Source: Chrysomallon squamiferum
Taxonomy: Eukaryota; Animalia; Mollusca
Length of the DNA stretch: 64,000 nucleotides
NCBI GenBank assembly: GCA_012295275.1
Contig: CM022671.1
Coordinates: 19,406,001 to 19,470,000, forward strand
Direction: 5' to 3'
The notes beneath the pieces are model-generated. The model did not search any database. It was not told the DNA's origin and was given only the letters and a program-made list of their open reading frames with translations. Below, in pieces: positions 11,215 to 23,921 of the stretch. The translations under genes and the position numbers were made by a program. How positions within the stretch are numbered: position 1 is the first letter of the stretch; the number at the start of each line of letters is the position of its first letter.

Positions 11215-14035
11215 GTATAAATAAATACAAGTTTCTATTTACAAAACATTTTAAAAGATGAATGCTTAGGAAGTATGGTAACACTTAGCTTATATAGCTC
11301 TTAAGAAAAAATTAATAATAATCATAAAGTGGCACAGCCGTTAAAGAGTTTTACAACAACTGTAAACATAATAAAAAACATTACACATACAGTGGAAGTT
11401 TGCTTTATTAACACTATAGTTAGATATAATCATTCATGTAATATTTATTTGAAATGGAGACAGAGTATCTTGTTAATAATAAAAATGATACTTTTTTCAG
11501 GTTGATTGGAAGATTGTATCAAGGCTGCATGGAGGAGAGCAGATGAGGCATTTCATGGCATCAGAAGGGTGGCATGAGCTACAGAATGCAGTGAGTTCAA
11601 ATATTTCTGTACTTTTGTTTTTGGTTTTCTCCATCTTTCTTTGACAGTAAAAAGAAAATGGGGAATTTCTGAACAGTTGGCCTTTTTATTATAAACAGTG
11701 TTCATCAATTCTGTTTAAATTTTACAAATAATTTAAAATTTCTTTGTCTTTTTTTTTTTTTTTAAAATTAATTTTTCTTTGTTTTTGATAATTACGTTAC
11801 ACAAAATGTTCCAATGATCCTAGCTGTTATTTTCTATAATAGATCTTTACCTGATTAGGTATCTCTCATCCACAACATGAATATCTTGCTGTAAATTAGT
11901 GTTTTTTGCAGCCATTTATGTTTATTTGGAATGCATATGTGATACTATTTGTACTGAGTTTGGCATGTTCCTAATTTAATATTTTACTATTTTTTTTAAT
12001 GAAAACATTGTTAACTTTCTGTGGTAAGTGAGTGTATGTGTGTTTAATGAAATTGGACTTCATGTAGAAATTATTTTTATATTTAAATTATGTATGTATA
12101 CATATATAAACACATATATGTTTTTTATTATTTTAGGCTACAAAGAAAAGCTGCAGGCTGTAGACTGGAATACTTGGTTTTGGGGCACAGGACACCAGTT
12201 AAACCTGAGTAAGTAAATAATTCTTATTAGCTCTGATAACTCTGATTATTGTTCTTTTTGATTTTAGTTGTTTTTTTTCAGTGTAAAGCAAGGGAAGCAA
12301 CACTTACAGATAGCAGTGATGGAAGATGTTAATGAAATATTTGTGTTTTTTGTTTTTTCAAAAATCATTTTGTTTACCAAAACAGTGCATAATAATAAAG
12401 GTTTTAGTATGTTTTATAGGGAAAAAAGAAAAGAAAAGAAATGTATTAGTCCTAAATACAAACTCCTGCTATTTCAGCACTAATGATCTATTTTAATTAA
12501 TTAGTATTTTTATGTAAATATTTTATGATTACTTTTTTACTAAAGAGATTAAAAGATAATTTTAACCGTTACTCATGAAATTCAGGTATGAAATTTCAGC
12601 AAAACTCTGTGAAAAGTAGTTTGAAGCCATTGAAGAAAACATGTCACAGTTCTTTTGTCATAACTTGAACACCTTCACTTCTCTTCAGGAAAGAGAATTT
12701 CTTAGTCTTCTGCTTCAGAAGGTTATTTATATATCAGATTTATTTAATTATTTATTTATTTTTATAATTTGTATCATTTATTTTTGTATTTATTTATTCA
12801 TTCTTTTTTGTATTTATTGTTATTTATTTATTCATTTATTCATTCATTTTTTGAAATTAAGTCCTTTTCTGTAGTATATTATCAAGTATATATTTTTAAT
12901 ATTCCTAACCAAAATAAAGAAATTTAGGTTTCATTTATTCAGTGTTATTCCAAGCATTTAAAAAAAAAAAAATTGTTCATATTTTGTTCTTTATTTTAAC
13001 CATGTGTGTCAGATTTCTAAGTTAATACTCTTTCATTTTTTTAATGTTTTGCTTTACACTGCCTCCATTGCCTGTGTGCAAATTAGAAAAAATAGAACAA
13101 TTTTATGATCTGAATGTTGTTAAAAACTCGGAAATAAATATTTGTGAGGTCAAAAACATTTTATAAATGTAAACATTGAAATATTACAAAGTACTCAAAA
13201 ATCTTAAGTGTTAAAACACTACTAAGTGAATTCATTACACAGTTTTGGAAATAATTACATAACTCAGGTATATCTTGTTTCATAATATTTCTTTCATTCC
13301 AGTTAATAATAATGATCAAAAGTTAGATGACTTTATAGAAGACATTTAAGATGTTTAGATAGGGTAACAAATGGAAAATAATGGATTTATATTTTATATG
13401 TAATAATATCATGAGGAACACAATCTAAAATATATTTAATATGTAATAATGATTTAAGACAATTAATAATTGTATGGATGGATTTATAATGTCTGTAATG
13501 AATAAAGTGGATAGAAAAATATGTTTTTAAACTAAGCTACATTAATATTTCAGGTGGATACAGTTTGGTTTAAAAGCCAAGTGGACTGATTCAACAAACT
13601 TTAAAATGTGTTAACCAGCAAGAGTATGAAGTTTGTTCAACCAGTTTATAGGCAATTGCGATCATATTTTTACTATTGAAAAAGATTTTAATAATGATGA
13701 AAAACTGCAAACAGAAATATTAAATTTTTACTGTGTTTTCAAATTCTCAGCTTAATTGTTTTGGTATCATTTAAAAAAAACCTAAAAAAAACCCAAAGAA
13801 ACAAGTCATACCTAAATAAAGCATTATTTTTACAGCTCCAATTACATTTTTAAAACTAAACATTGGTTTTATTTTTTTCTTTCAAAATTTAAAATTTCAA
13901 TTAAGGTAACATATGTAGATTTCAATTAAAAATAAAGTAATAACAAAAAGGTATATGTAAAGTTGTAGTTAGAAATGTCTACTAAATTCATAGTAAATAT
14001 TATTTAACTTTTAATTATGTTATTTCTCTTTTCAG

Positions 14036-14156
14036 AGATTTGTACAACTGGGAGGAAGCTCGGAAACAGGCAATAGATAATTACAAATATCATTGTGTTG
14101 AAATGCATAATACAACAGCATCTCTTGTGGCCAAGGACCTCAAGCTGAGAAAATGA
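14036..14156 (+). pseudogene. LTA4H: LTA4H terminal exon remnant with native stop
   Basis: DLYNWEEARKQAIDNYKYHCVEMHNTTASLVAKDLKLRK*, matching the LTA4H C-terminus; AATAAA at 14341-14346 downstream. Confidence 0.9.
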
Positions 14157-17100
14157 TTCCACACTTTTCTTAATATACAACTCACAGTTCAGTGTAGCTG
14201 ATTCAGTACATTTTACCAAAGTAGTGTTAGTTTTGGATTTTTGTTTTATTTTTTTAATTTCTACTCTCCATGTCACATTGCTTTACGGAATATTTCTATT
14301 ACATTTCATTTTATATGGAAATATAATATATTAATATTTAAATAAAGGGAGAAAAGTCAAATGCAATTATGGAAAAAGGAACAATACAGTTATAAATCCA
14401 GTTTATATTTGTGGACATAAACCATAATGGTTTCATTTTGTCTTTTTATAAATCTTTTGTTTTTTATTTTACTTAGAGATTTACAGGTACATAAGTTTAT
14501 TTTGATACTTTTAACTAAATAAGTTGATCATGTTAATATAATGTTTATCTAAGTAAAGACTAAACCAAAAAAACTTGACTGTTGTGTTATAATTTATTTT
14601 TAACATTTTTAACTTGGAAGCTTTATTATTATTAATCTAATTTCAACATGCATATAAAGTCCATTATTTTATTATTAATAAAAAAAAAAAAAAAAAAATC
14701 ATAGATCAAAGAATTGTAATTGCCTTTTTACAGTCATCAATAAATATTATGTGTTACATATTTGTTTGTTATTTAATAATGCAGATATTTTTGTTTTGTG
14801 TCTGTTAAACAGTAAAATAATAGGACCATGATAACAACAAAAACGATAAAACGTCCTTCAAAAATAACAGGAAAAACAGTCTGTGAAGAGCTACTTCAAA
14901 GTTATTATTATTATTATTATTATTTTTTTTAATATATATATATATATATATTAATATAAAACTTGAGTTATTATGAGGTTATAATTGTTAAGATATTAGC
15001 ATATAATGTCATCTTTACTGATTCAGTTTAATATCTGGTTAATATTTAAGTTTTAAATGTAACTTATGTTTATTCCATCAACGATTGAACAACAAGAAAT
15101 AATTTTTTTTTTTTTTTTTTTTTTTTTTTAGATATTTTTGCATTGGTTTAATGTAATGATATGTTGAACTATAAACTATTATATACTATGGTATATCCAG
15201 AATATATTTTTTCTAGTGAAATACGTTGTTTTACTTCTTAGTAGGCCCTAAAATGTTGTCTTTATTTTATTTATTTATTTAGCGCCTGTGAGTACATGAT
15301 TGTGTATTTGTCTGTACATTTGAAAAATTAACACATTTTTAAGATCTTCGAATATGGTTTCGATTTATCCAAAATTTTCGAGAGGTAACTATTATTGGAT
15401 AATCAGTAGTTAAAATAATCATTTAACATTCATCGGCTCTTGTGGATAAATAAATAAATAAATAATAACGAAAAATATTTGAAGGCTACTTATTCAACTA
15501 TTAAAAAGATGCGTTTTTAATAATGGCTGGTGTATTTACATACTGATTTTGTATATAAATTTGTAAAAAAAAAAGTCTGCTAAATTTTGTGACCACGATC
15601 TTTCAAAAAAGACGCAATCACAAGGTCAGACATGTTTAACGTCATTACTGAAGCAAAAAGTAAATATAAAGGACAGTACAGTTTAGTGACCGTTAAGAAA
15701 AGTATCGTAGTTTATTAGATTTGGCATATCTGTTTGGGTTAACGATTATTTCCCATTTATTATATTTACCCCCTGTAGAAACACAAATATTTAAGGTACT
15801 AGTAGACCCGAATGAAGTGGAGAAAATAACATTAAAGTGTACCGTTGGTATCAGCTATCTTAAGAAAAATAAAATCGAGTAAAGTCATTAATACGTGGTA
15901 TTTGTTTCTATACATGGGATAGAACTAACGATGCACCATTGTGAACTATATGACAATGGAGCTTCTGCACTAAGAAAGTATGTCATACAAAATACTGTAA
16001 ATCTTCTGATGATAATGACGGGACGTAATAAAAATGGGAGTATACCGTAACAAAGTACTGTAAACCTTCTAATGACTCACAACTTTTCGTTACTTAAAGC
16101 TGTCAGCCATTTATCTGTCATCTGCACTTGAGCACGAGATTAATTAATATCCAAACACATTCACATTTATAAGCTGACTATGCCGAGACTTTTAAAAGCT
16201 GGTCGATAATAATCTTCACATTGTTGTTGACGTCACCTAGGGTCGCAGCCCTTGCTAATGGGTATCACTAACAGCGGTTGATGCTTATGTCGGTTCGAGA
16301 ATAGACGGGGAGTGGACTCTTTACACCGGCAGTTCTAACTTAAGTGTATCGATGGTTCACAATGGCTGCCCCTCGAATGACCAAAGTTAAGGCCATGAAA
16401 AATAATTTTACAAATCTGATGAGATGCTAGAGTATGGATCTAATTTGCCAGATGATGGTTTTCGATAAAAACTAATGTAACAGGAAATCTGTGGACATTT
16501 GTTTTGACGGAAGATCTCTTTTCTTTTTTTCGCCTTCTATTTCAAAGGAAATGAATGGACCAGTTAAAAAAAAAAAAACAACAACAAACAAACAAAAAAA
16601 AAAAAAAAACCCAACAAAAACAATCGAAACAAAGAAACAAAGCCCCCACCAAAAAACCCTCCCCCAGATCTACCCAACAAAAACAAAAAAACTAAAAAAA
16701 TGACAACACCAACAATAAAACCACGAAAAAACAAGAACAACCACAGCAACAACCACCATCACCACCAAATCACATGTCTAGTTGTCTCTGTCTGCCTGTC
16801 TGTCTAGCTGTCTATCAGTTATAACTTGTTTTCAACACCAAACTTAATCAGCAGACGAAACTAAATTTGTGTTATTACATACAGAGGTCATACAGATGTT
16901 CGTACATACAGAGGTCATTTCAAAAATAAGTACTCCATTGTAAATCCATCTTGAAATGAGTTAACCCTGTCTATTTATACGAAAAATGATATTAAAATAA
17001 ATGATTTCTTGCTTTTTCGGTCACAGTTATTTCAAAGAGGAGGTTTATCATGCGAAATATATCTGGTTAGACTATGTCGATGTCTTGGCTTCGTGGTATC

Positions 17101-17473
17101 TTTTATAATTAATATCGTTAATTGAAATAATTTTCGTTAATCAAGGACATGCTTTTACCCGTATGACTGCCATGGCAGTCGATGCGCTTAATGCACTTTT
17201 TAATATCCAAATTCTTTGCGTAAATCACTCACATTTAGATGGCTGTTGTCAGTATTATTTTTTATCAGATAATCTGTACATTTGCCAAGCAAAATGTTAA
17301 TAATTATATTGCCAGCTACCTATTTTGTTAATTACTACAGTTCAAGTAATATAAATGATATCAAATTGATATATAGGTTAGTGGGGAATCTATACTTTTT
17401 CACTAAGCCTAAACATTTAAATGATTCAAATAATGTAATTTTATTTTGAGACTGACAGAATATCTTTACGAGA

Positions 17474-17510
<37 letters not shown>

Positions 17511-18081
17511 GCTGGTGTTGTTGTTGTTGAAGAAATCTGCTGTGCTTCAATACCGACATCCTAAATTCTGACTGACTTACTTGCACACTGAATAATCAGG
17601 GTGCAAAGCGCCACATGATGTTTTTAAAATACTAACTCAGATGCGATTGGCTGGACCAGGGCAGCACTTTTTTTTCGGTACAAATTCTTGTTTATTATAA
17701 ATCATTCGTGAATAACAAAAGAGACAGCAAATGTCCGATCATTCAGTGATGTCAAGTCTGCGTCTATAATTGCTTTTGTTTCAGGTTACGTCAAAAATGG
17801 CCTGGTAAGGAAAATCTGTAAAACGTATCAGTTAAGAGGATTTATCAGTTTCATAAACTGATTTATTTCTTTTAAAAACACTAGTTGTTTACTTTTCCGC
17901 ATTGATGACGCCTTTTCGAACACTCGTCCATAAAATAAAATAAAATTCGGCAGAAAGAAATATATACGTTTGAAAAGAAAATTATGACATTGGAAAACGC
18001 GTTTCGGAACATCTTTTACAAATCTTGGGAGACGGAATGAAGATTATTTAATAACGAGAAATGTAATTTTTATGTCTAAAA

Positions 18082-18367
18082 CAGGCATGGGCAACCTTTT
18101 TCAAGAAGCGGGCCACATGAGACGTGGTTCATCGTCAGGTGGGCCGCAGGTACAAATTTAGGCGATTTTGTGTTTTTACGTAGAGTTTATTTTAAGAAAA
18201 TTTTCATTTTTATTAACTTCAAGAACTGTTATAATAAAAAAATTACGAGTTATTTAGTATATTACTACATTAGTAGATACAAAATAGACTCATTTTATAA
18301 AATCTGAATTAACGTTATTTTCCTTGCCACTCAGAAAGCCGACCGGGCCGCAATTTGCCCATGACTG
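18082..18367. mobile_element. Non-autonomous hAT (Buster/Charlie-type) MITE, 286 bp
   Basis: Terminal inverted repeats (TIRs) CAGGCATGGGCAA / TTGCCCATGACTG (1 mismatch in 13); perfect 8-bp TSD GTCTAAAA at 18074-18081 and 18368-18375; subterminal GGGCC(A/G)CA motifs. Confidence 0.92.
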
Positions 18368-19063
18368 GTCTAAAATGTGTTAAGGCAAAATTGAAAAATA
18401 ACAAAATTATATTGCAATTTTAAAAAACTCATTAATATATGAATTTTCACCCATCAAAGATGTGTAGTGAAGAATAAATTAAGAAAACCATTTTTGTTAT
18501 TCTTTGGCATTATTATAATTTTTTGCTGCTATTTGTCAAAGTTGTCTTTTTTTTTTATACCTAATAGTCCTTGGTCAATATAAGCAATAACGATTTGCTG
18601 CAAGTGCATGTCAGTTATGTTTCTTTCTTTAACGTGCCAAATTATAGTTATTTTAATATCAGAGAAGGATGGAGTAATAATGAAACATCCAGAAAAGAAA
18701 GTTTCTTTCAAGAAATTTTTGTTTCTGAATTCATTTTCTCTATTGATTTCAGAAACTTGTGAAATAAAATAACATGAATGCTAATCTCTGACTAGATGAA
18801 GAAAGAAAGAGTTCGTATCTGGTCCATTCCTTATGTATTTACGTAGTTTGCTATTCATTTTCACATTTTATCATAGCAAAATGTTAACTAGGATTAAATG
18901 TAAAATAATAAAAAATAAAAAAGAGAGAGAGAGTGAAAAAAAATCTTCTCTTAATAGAATAGATATATAAAAAACCCATAAAATTTATTTGCCAACCTGC
19001 ATATAAGTATGCCTGTTTTCTTTCCGTCAGTCCGTCTTTCCCTGTCTCTCTGTCTTTCCGTTT

Positions 19064-19068
19064 GTCTC

Positions 19069-19156
<88 letters not shown>
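19064..19156. repeat. (CT)n microsatellite
   Basis: Direct inspection; source of the ERER/SLSL ORFs. Confidence 0.97.
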
Positions 19157-19158
<2 letters not shown>

Positions 19159-21639
19159 CATCCATTTATCCATCCACTCACCTACCTATTTGTCTGTCTG
19201 TCTGCCTGCCCATCTGTTTTTAAAATAGTAATTTACAATTATCTTACAGTGGTGTTTAGTCTAGACAAGCCATTCAAGTTAGACGAACAGAATCAATATA
19301 AAATATAAAATTCCCATCAAAACGTAAGTAATATAGCATTATTTGTTTTAAAAAAGGGCAGATTTATTACAAAGATTATGGATTTTGAAAATAGCATTTA
19401 CTAAGAAGTGATATTTAAGGGAAATTGAAGTAATCTATCATGATAAGGATCAAATACGTTATTTATTATTGTCTTTTTTAATTTTTAAAATTAAGCAAAA
19501 ATAGTAACACCAAAAAATCCCCCCCCCCAAAAAACAAAACAAACAAACACTTAATAAAATGTAGATAAAAGCAATTATATAGAAAGTATTTGATAAGAAA
19601 AATTGTACCAGTGCTATGATAACATTTAAAAAGAACATATGATTGAACTAGAGGCTATTGAAACTGAACTACAACATTAAAACTGAACAAGAGTTTATTA
19701 CAACTGAACTAGAGCATATTAAAATTGACCTTCTGCGTATTAAAAATGGAAGTAGATGGTATTACTATCGAACTCGAATGTTTTTGGATTTTAATGTGTT
19801 AGCATGTTGTATTTTAGCAGGTTTAACAGAGCTGAAAAGACGATTTCTGCATGTGACAGGTCACGTTCTACAGAACACTTAAACGTGGTTTAGGAGACGT
19901 CTATTTGCAAACTAACGAGCTCTTGCATTCCAGAATTACCCTAATGTCACCATTACTAAAAATTAAATTGCTTTTAAATGCTCGATGTTAGCGACTAGAG
20001 CCATTGTTGATCAAATGTTCCCCTCCTATATTTAGTACTCACGATACCTGCTTCTAAGTGAAAGCAAAAGTGATTTTTTGGTTTCTTAAGGTTCTTTTTG
20101 TTTTATTAGATTATTATTATTATTTTTGTAATTAATTATTTATATTTATTTGTTTATTTTATTATTTATTTTTTTTCTTTATTCAGTTATTTATATTTTA
20201 TTTGTTTATTTTATTTTATTTTATTCAAAATTTCATCAAAACATATGTATTGGATAATTTAAATCTCTCATGATGTTAATATTGTTCATCATTAACTGAT
20301 TTCATTTTGTTTTAATTAATTAATTCAATTAATTTATTTTATTTTATTCGTCGTTTCCATGAATGTGTTACATTTCTGTAACCTGCTTATTGTTTACTAC
20401 ACATTCCATTTGCAGTAATAAGATAATAAACGAACAACAAACAAACGAAGTAAAGACAGAACAACAAAATAAAAAAAAATTAAATATATAAAAATATAAA
20501 ATAAATAACTGAAATAATGAGATATATTTTTTTAATAAAACAAAATATAATTAAAAAAAAAAAAAAAGAAAAAAAAAAAATAGAAAAAATTAATGTGGAG
20601 TCTGTATGATTTATAAAGCTCATTTTCTGGTTTATGAACCACATATTAAATTGTCACATTAACATTTCCGTGATATTACAGTTTATGAACACATGTGTTT
20701 CAGTCATTCCATCTTACTTAAATTGATGGGCATCCTTTCTGCCCCGTCAAACAATATTTCACAGCAGAGTTAAGCCGACCGGGATTTATGTGAAATAAAT
20801 AGTTGAAAAAAAATCGTCTCTTCACTGTCGGTTATTTAGTTCAGTCCTAGGATAAAAAAAATTCTCAGCTTATACTATCAGCACATGTAGTGCCTATATA
20901 TGAAAACGCAGTCTTTTACATTAAACTAGTATATGCAAAACAATTGTTAGTGTCTGCAAAAGGAATGTTGATCAGTTACTGTTGTGGCAGGAGAAGAAGT
21001 CTCTTCCATTAGTACTATAAGAATGCTAATCTGGAGAAATGTTTTTTTTAAATTAATTTTGTTTATTAATAACAATACAATTAGTGAAAGGTTTTTATGT
21101 ATCAGTTCTTACTGATAAAAGAATAACCATCATCACCATCACCAATACCACCACCACCACAACAACAACAACAACAACAACAACAAACAACAACAACAAC
21201 AATAATAATAATAACGATAAAGTCATCACCACAACATCAATTTTGACGACAGTAAAAAAAAAAAAAAAAATCCTTTCTTTTAAAAATCCGGCTCAAAAAG
21301 ATGATATTTCTGTTTGAAACCAAGTGTTAGCCAAAACTTTTACAACATTGTAAACTACCCGTAGGCTTGGACAAAGAAATATTTTGATGAAAAGTAAACA
21401 CACCGAGGATTAAAGAGATTTCTGTAAAAAAGATTAATATAACATTGGACTGTTATAATATTTGGATGTACACGGTAATCAAAATTCACTCTTTCGACTG
21501 AAGGATACATTATAAATATAAGCTCTTGTATATGTATATGATGTATATGTATGCCTGTGTATGTATTGTGTGTATTACATTCTTATACGCATTGTTGGAT
21601 TTTATTATCCTCTGTCTTATGTACATCTGTATCATTAGA

Positions 21640-22052
21640 CTCTGCACATAAACAATATTCGGGAACGTGGCGCAGGAGGACTATGTCCAATCACGACCTC
21701 ACAAACACCATTTGATGCTGCTGACGAAACTCCCAACGTATGGCACCCATTCGCCTGTACTCCGAAAGCGGACGAAATTACTGTTCGGCCATCAAGACAA
21801 TCTTTAAAAAAGTTAAAAATAATCGAGGGTAATCATCGCTTCCCACGAAGTAGGCCGTTCTTTTGTCTTTCGACATTTTTGCATGCATCTATTTTTGTGG
21901 GAAACCTGGCACTGGCAAATACGTATTTTAGGATTTGAATGTTTTCTATCTAATGTACGTTTGATTATACTCTGCTGACAAACAATATTCAGTTAAGACC
22001 TCACAAACCCTATCAGATGCCGCTGACGAGACTCGAACGTATGGTACGCACC
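21640..22052. repeat. Diverged direct repeat pair (~21640-21750 and ~21970-22052), possibly tRNA/SINE-head derived
   Basis: Both copies share CTCTGC..AAACAATATTC..GACCTCACAAAC..GATGCYGCTGACGARACTC..AACGTATGG. The reverse complement of copy 2 has a B-box-like GTTCGAGTC. Confidence 0.6.
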
Positions 22053-23655
22053 CTGATGTGTACATCTTTTTTTAAAAGTACAGGAGTAAAGAACGGATCA
22101 TAGAAAAAAAAAATCTTGGAATTAGAACGATTTTCTCTTCATTGAAGCATAGTCTTTTCTCTCCAAGGAAACAAGAATGTTTCTGAAAACAATTCTATTA
22201 CCAGTAAATCTGGTAACTGCTTATTCCATTGAGTTGAAACAAAACAGTTACCTAGCGACACTCTCGCGACATCCGTTGTCTATTTCTTCATTTCATGCTT
22301 CCATTGTTTGAAAGGTAATGGGTTAGCGGAACAGACCAGACGAAGTAATTGAAATCAGGAACATCATCCAGTCGGCGTTTCTCCGGTCAACACAACCACA
22401 GTCGTTTTCACAGATAAGACAAATTACTGGCCAGCACGAAGCATTGTCTATTAAAGTACTTCTAGAAGATATTTATTTCAAAGAGCCAAGGCTATTTATC
22501 TTTGTTTTGTGAATGACAGGTGGACAGAAACAACATTCGTAATTATTATAATAATAAGTACGTATGCGCATGTGTAGGTATTTAAGAATTCATGAACTCA
22601 TTGACTCGGATTTTTGTTAGTACTGAATATTTCAGTGTTGATTTAAAATAGACTGCTTTAATATTTACTACTTCAGTGCAATATTATTTTAATAGTTTTT
22701 GTTTTAAATCTAATTAGCTAAAACTGAGAATTTTGTTTATAACTCGAGGCTTACCAGAATAAAAAGTTCTAACAGTTCAGCGTTACTTAGTCACGTATAA
22801 ATTTAATATATATATAAAACGTCTTGCGGAGAGTAAAAATCATTTAGGATATGTCGAGCAGGGAAGGTTCAAATCTCTTCAGCTCGTGTCTGAATATTAC
22901 ATTGTTTTCATTTCACACACCCACACCCACACCCACACCCACACCCATACAAACACATATACATACATGCCTGCACTTCGTCACAAACATAAACAAACTC
23001 ACATGTATTAGAAACAAATTATTAAAAAGCATTAAATAATTTGTATATAAATCAAATTTTATGAAAATAACGTACACACATTTACATTGTAAAATTACTT
23101 TTTTCTTTTGGTATAATTTCCTTATACAAGCTGCATAGCCGAATTCCTTTCATTTCTGATAACAATGTAACTTTTTCATTGATATAAATTACATATTTAA
23201 TATACTGATAGGTCACGGAAACATTTAATCATACTGTTATTGTTATAATGGCTCTGACTTATTATACATGTCATTGGCTTAGTAAATTATTTAATATAAC
23301 TCATCTTTCATTCTTGATTAAATTTTTATTATACTCCCGAATATCTATGTTTACTTTGTTAATCTTACAACATCGTCCTTCAAGAAGGCAAAAATGATAA
23401 ATGATCTTGATAAACAAAGATAATGCTGAGGGTAATAGAGTTATTTTAAGTCATGAATACCGATTATTTTAAAATTTCAGAAACACAAATTGGTATTTTT
23501 ATTATAGATTTTGTTTGACAGATATGCATTTTCTAAATTTATTAGAAAACAGTATTTCTGTTACGGTTTTAGAAGACTGAAAATTACATAATTACTCTAC
23601 GACTTTCTAAGATGTCTGTATGTTTATTTAAAAAGTAATGCTATTGCTTCTACTT

Positions 23656-23921
23656 TAAGCTGAGAATCCCTTACCCGAAATTCCGAAATCCGAAACTTTT
23701 TCCGAGCAGCACAGTATTGTTAATTTTTTTTTTTTTTTATAAATTTATTATTATTATTTTTTTTTAATAAAAAATTCCTATAGACTGTTATAAGTTGTAT
23801 TTGAAATATAAAAAGATTTCGTACTTAAACCTATATCCTATAGTGAACTCTATCCTTACATTCCGAATTCATAAACATTTCCGGTTCCAAGCAGCAGTTC
23901 GTATGAAGGATCTTTAACATG
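23656..23921. mobile_element. pogo/Tigger-like MITE (resembles the Tigger4/MER46 end structure)
   Basis: Left end AAGCTGAGAATCCCTTACCCGAAATTCCGAAATCCGAAACTTTT; right end TTCCGGTTCCAAGCA..TTCGTATGAAGGATCTTTAACATG followed by TA. Degenerate inverted termini; family match is from memory. Confidence 0.7.

Larger units (their letters stand above)
6973..14156 (+). pseudogene. LTA4H: Unprocessed (intron-containing) leukotriene A4 hydrolase / M1 aminopeptidase pseudogene
   Basis: Exon remnants collinear with LTA4H: 6973-7134 (DRSSFSDP), 7899-8039 (ILDS..GSKFEITLP), 8426-8536 ([20 protein letters not shown]), 8777-8845 (AIHARSIVPYQDTP), 9783-9855, 10596-10737 ([21 protein letters not shown]), 11120-11214 ([25 protein letters not shown]), 11501-11590, 12137-12208 (VDWNTW), 12586-12721, 13062-13143 (NSEI), 13554-13651, 14036-14156 (MHNTTASLVAKDLKLRK*). 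Stops at 9796, 10630 and 12617, plus multiple frameshifts. Confidence 0.92.

Noticed and set aside
9796-12619. Recoding rescue of the LTA4H stops (selenocysteine or readthrough at TGA 9796/10630; A-to-I editing of TAG 12617 to Trp)
   Set aside because: The TGA stops replace Arg and Gly, not Cys, and co-occur with many frameshifts, a zinc-ligand deletion and a lost acceptor that recoding cannot fix.
15765-15815. miR-10/100-like words (CCCTGTAGAA, GTAGACCCGAAT)
   Set aside because: Fragments are not contiguous and form no hairpin.
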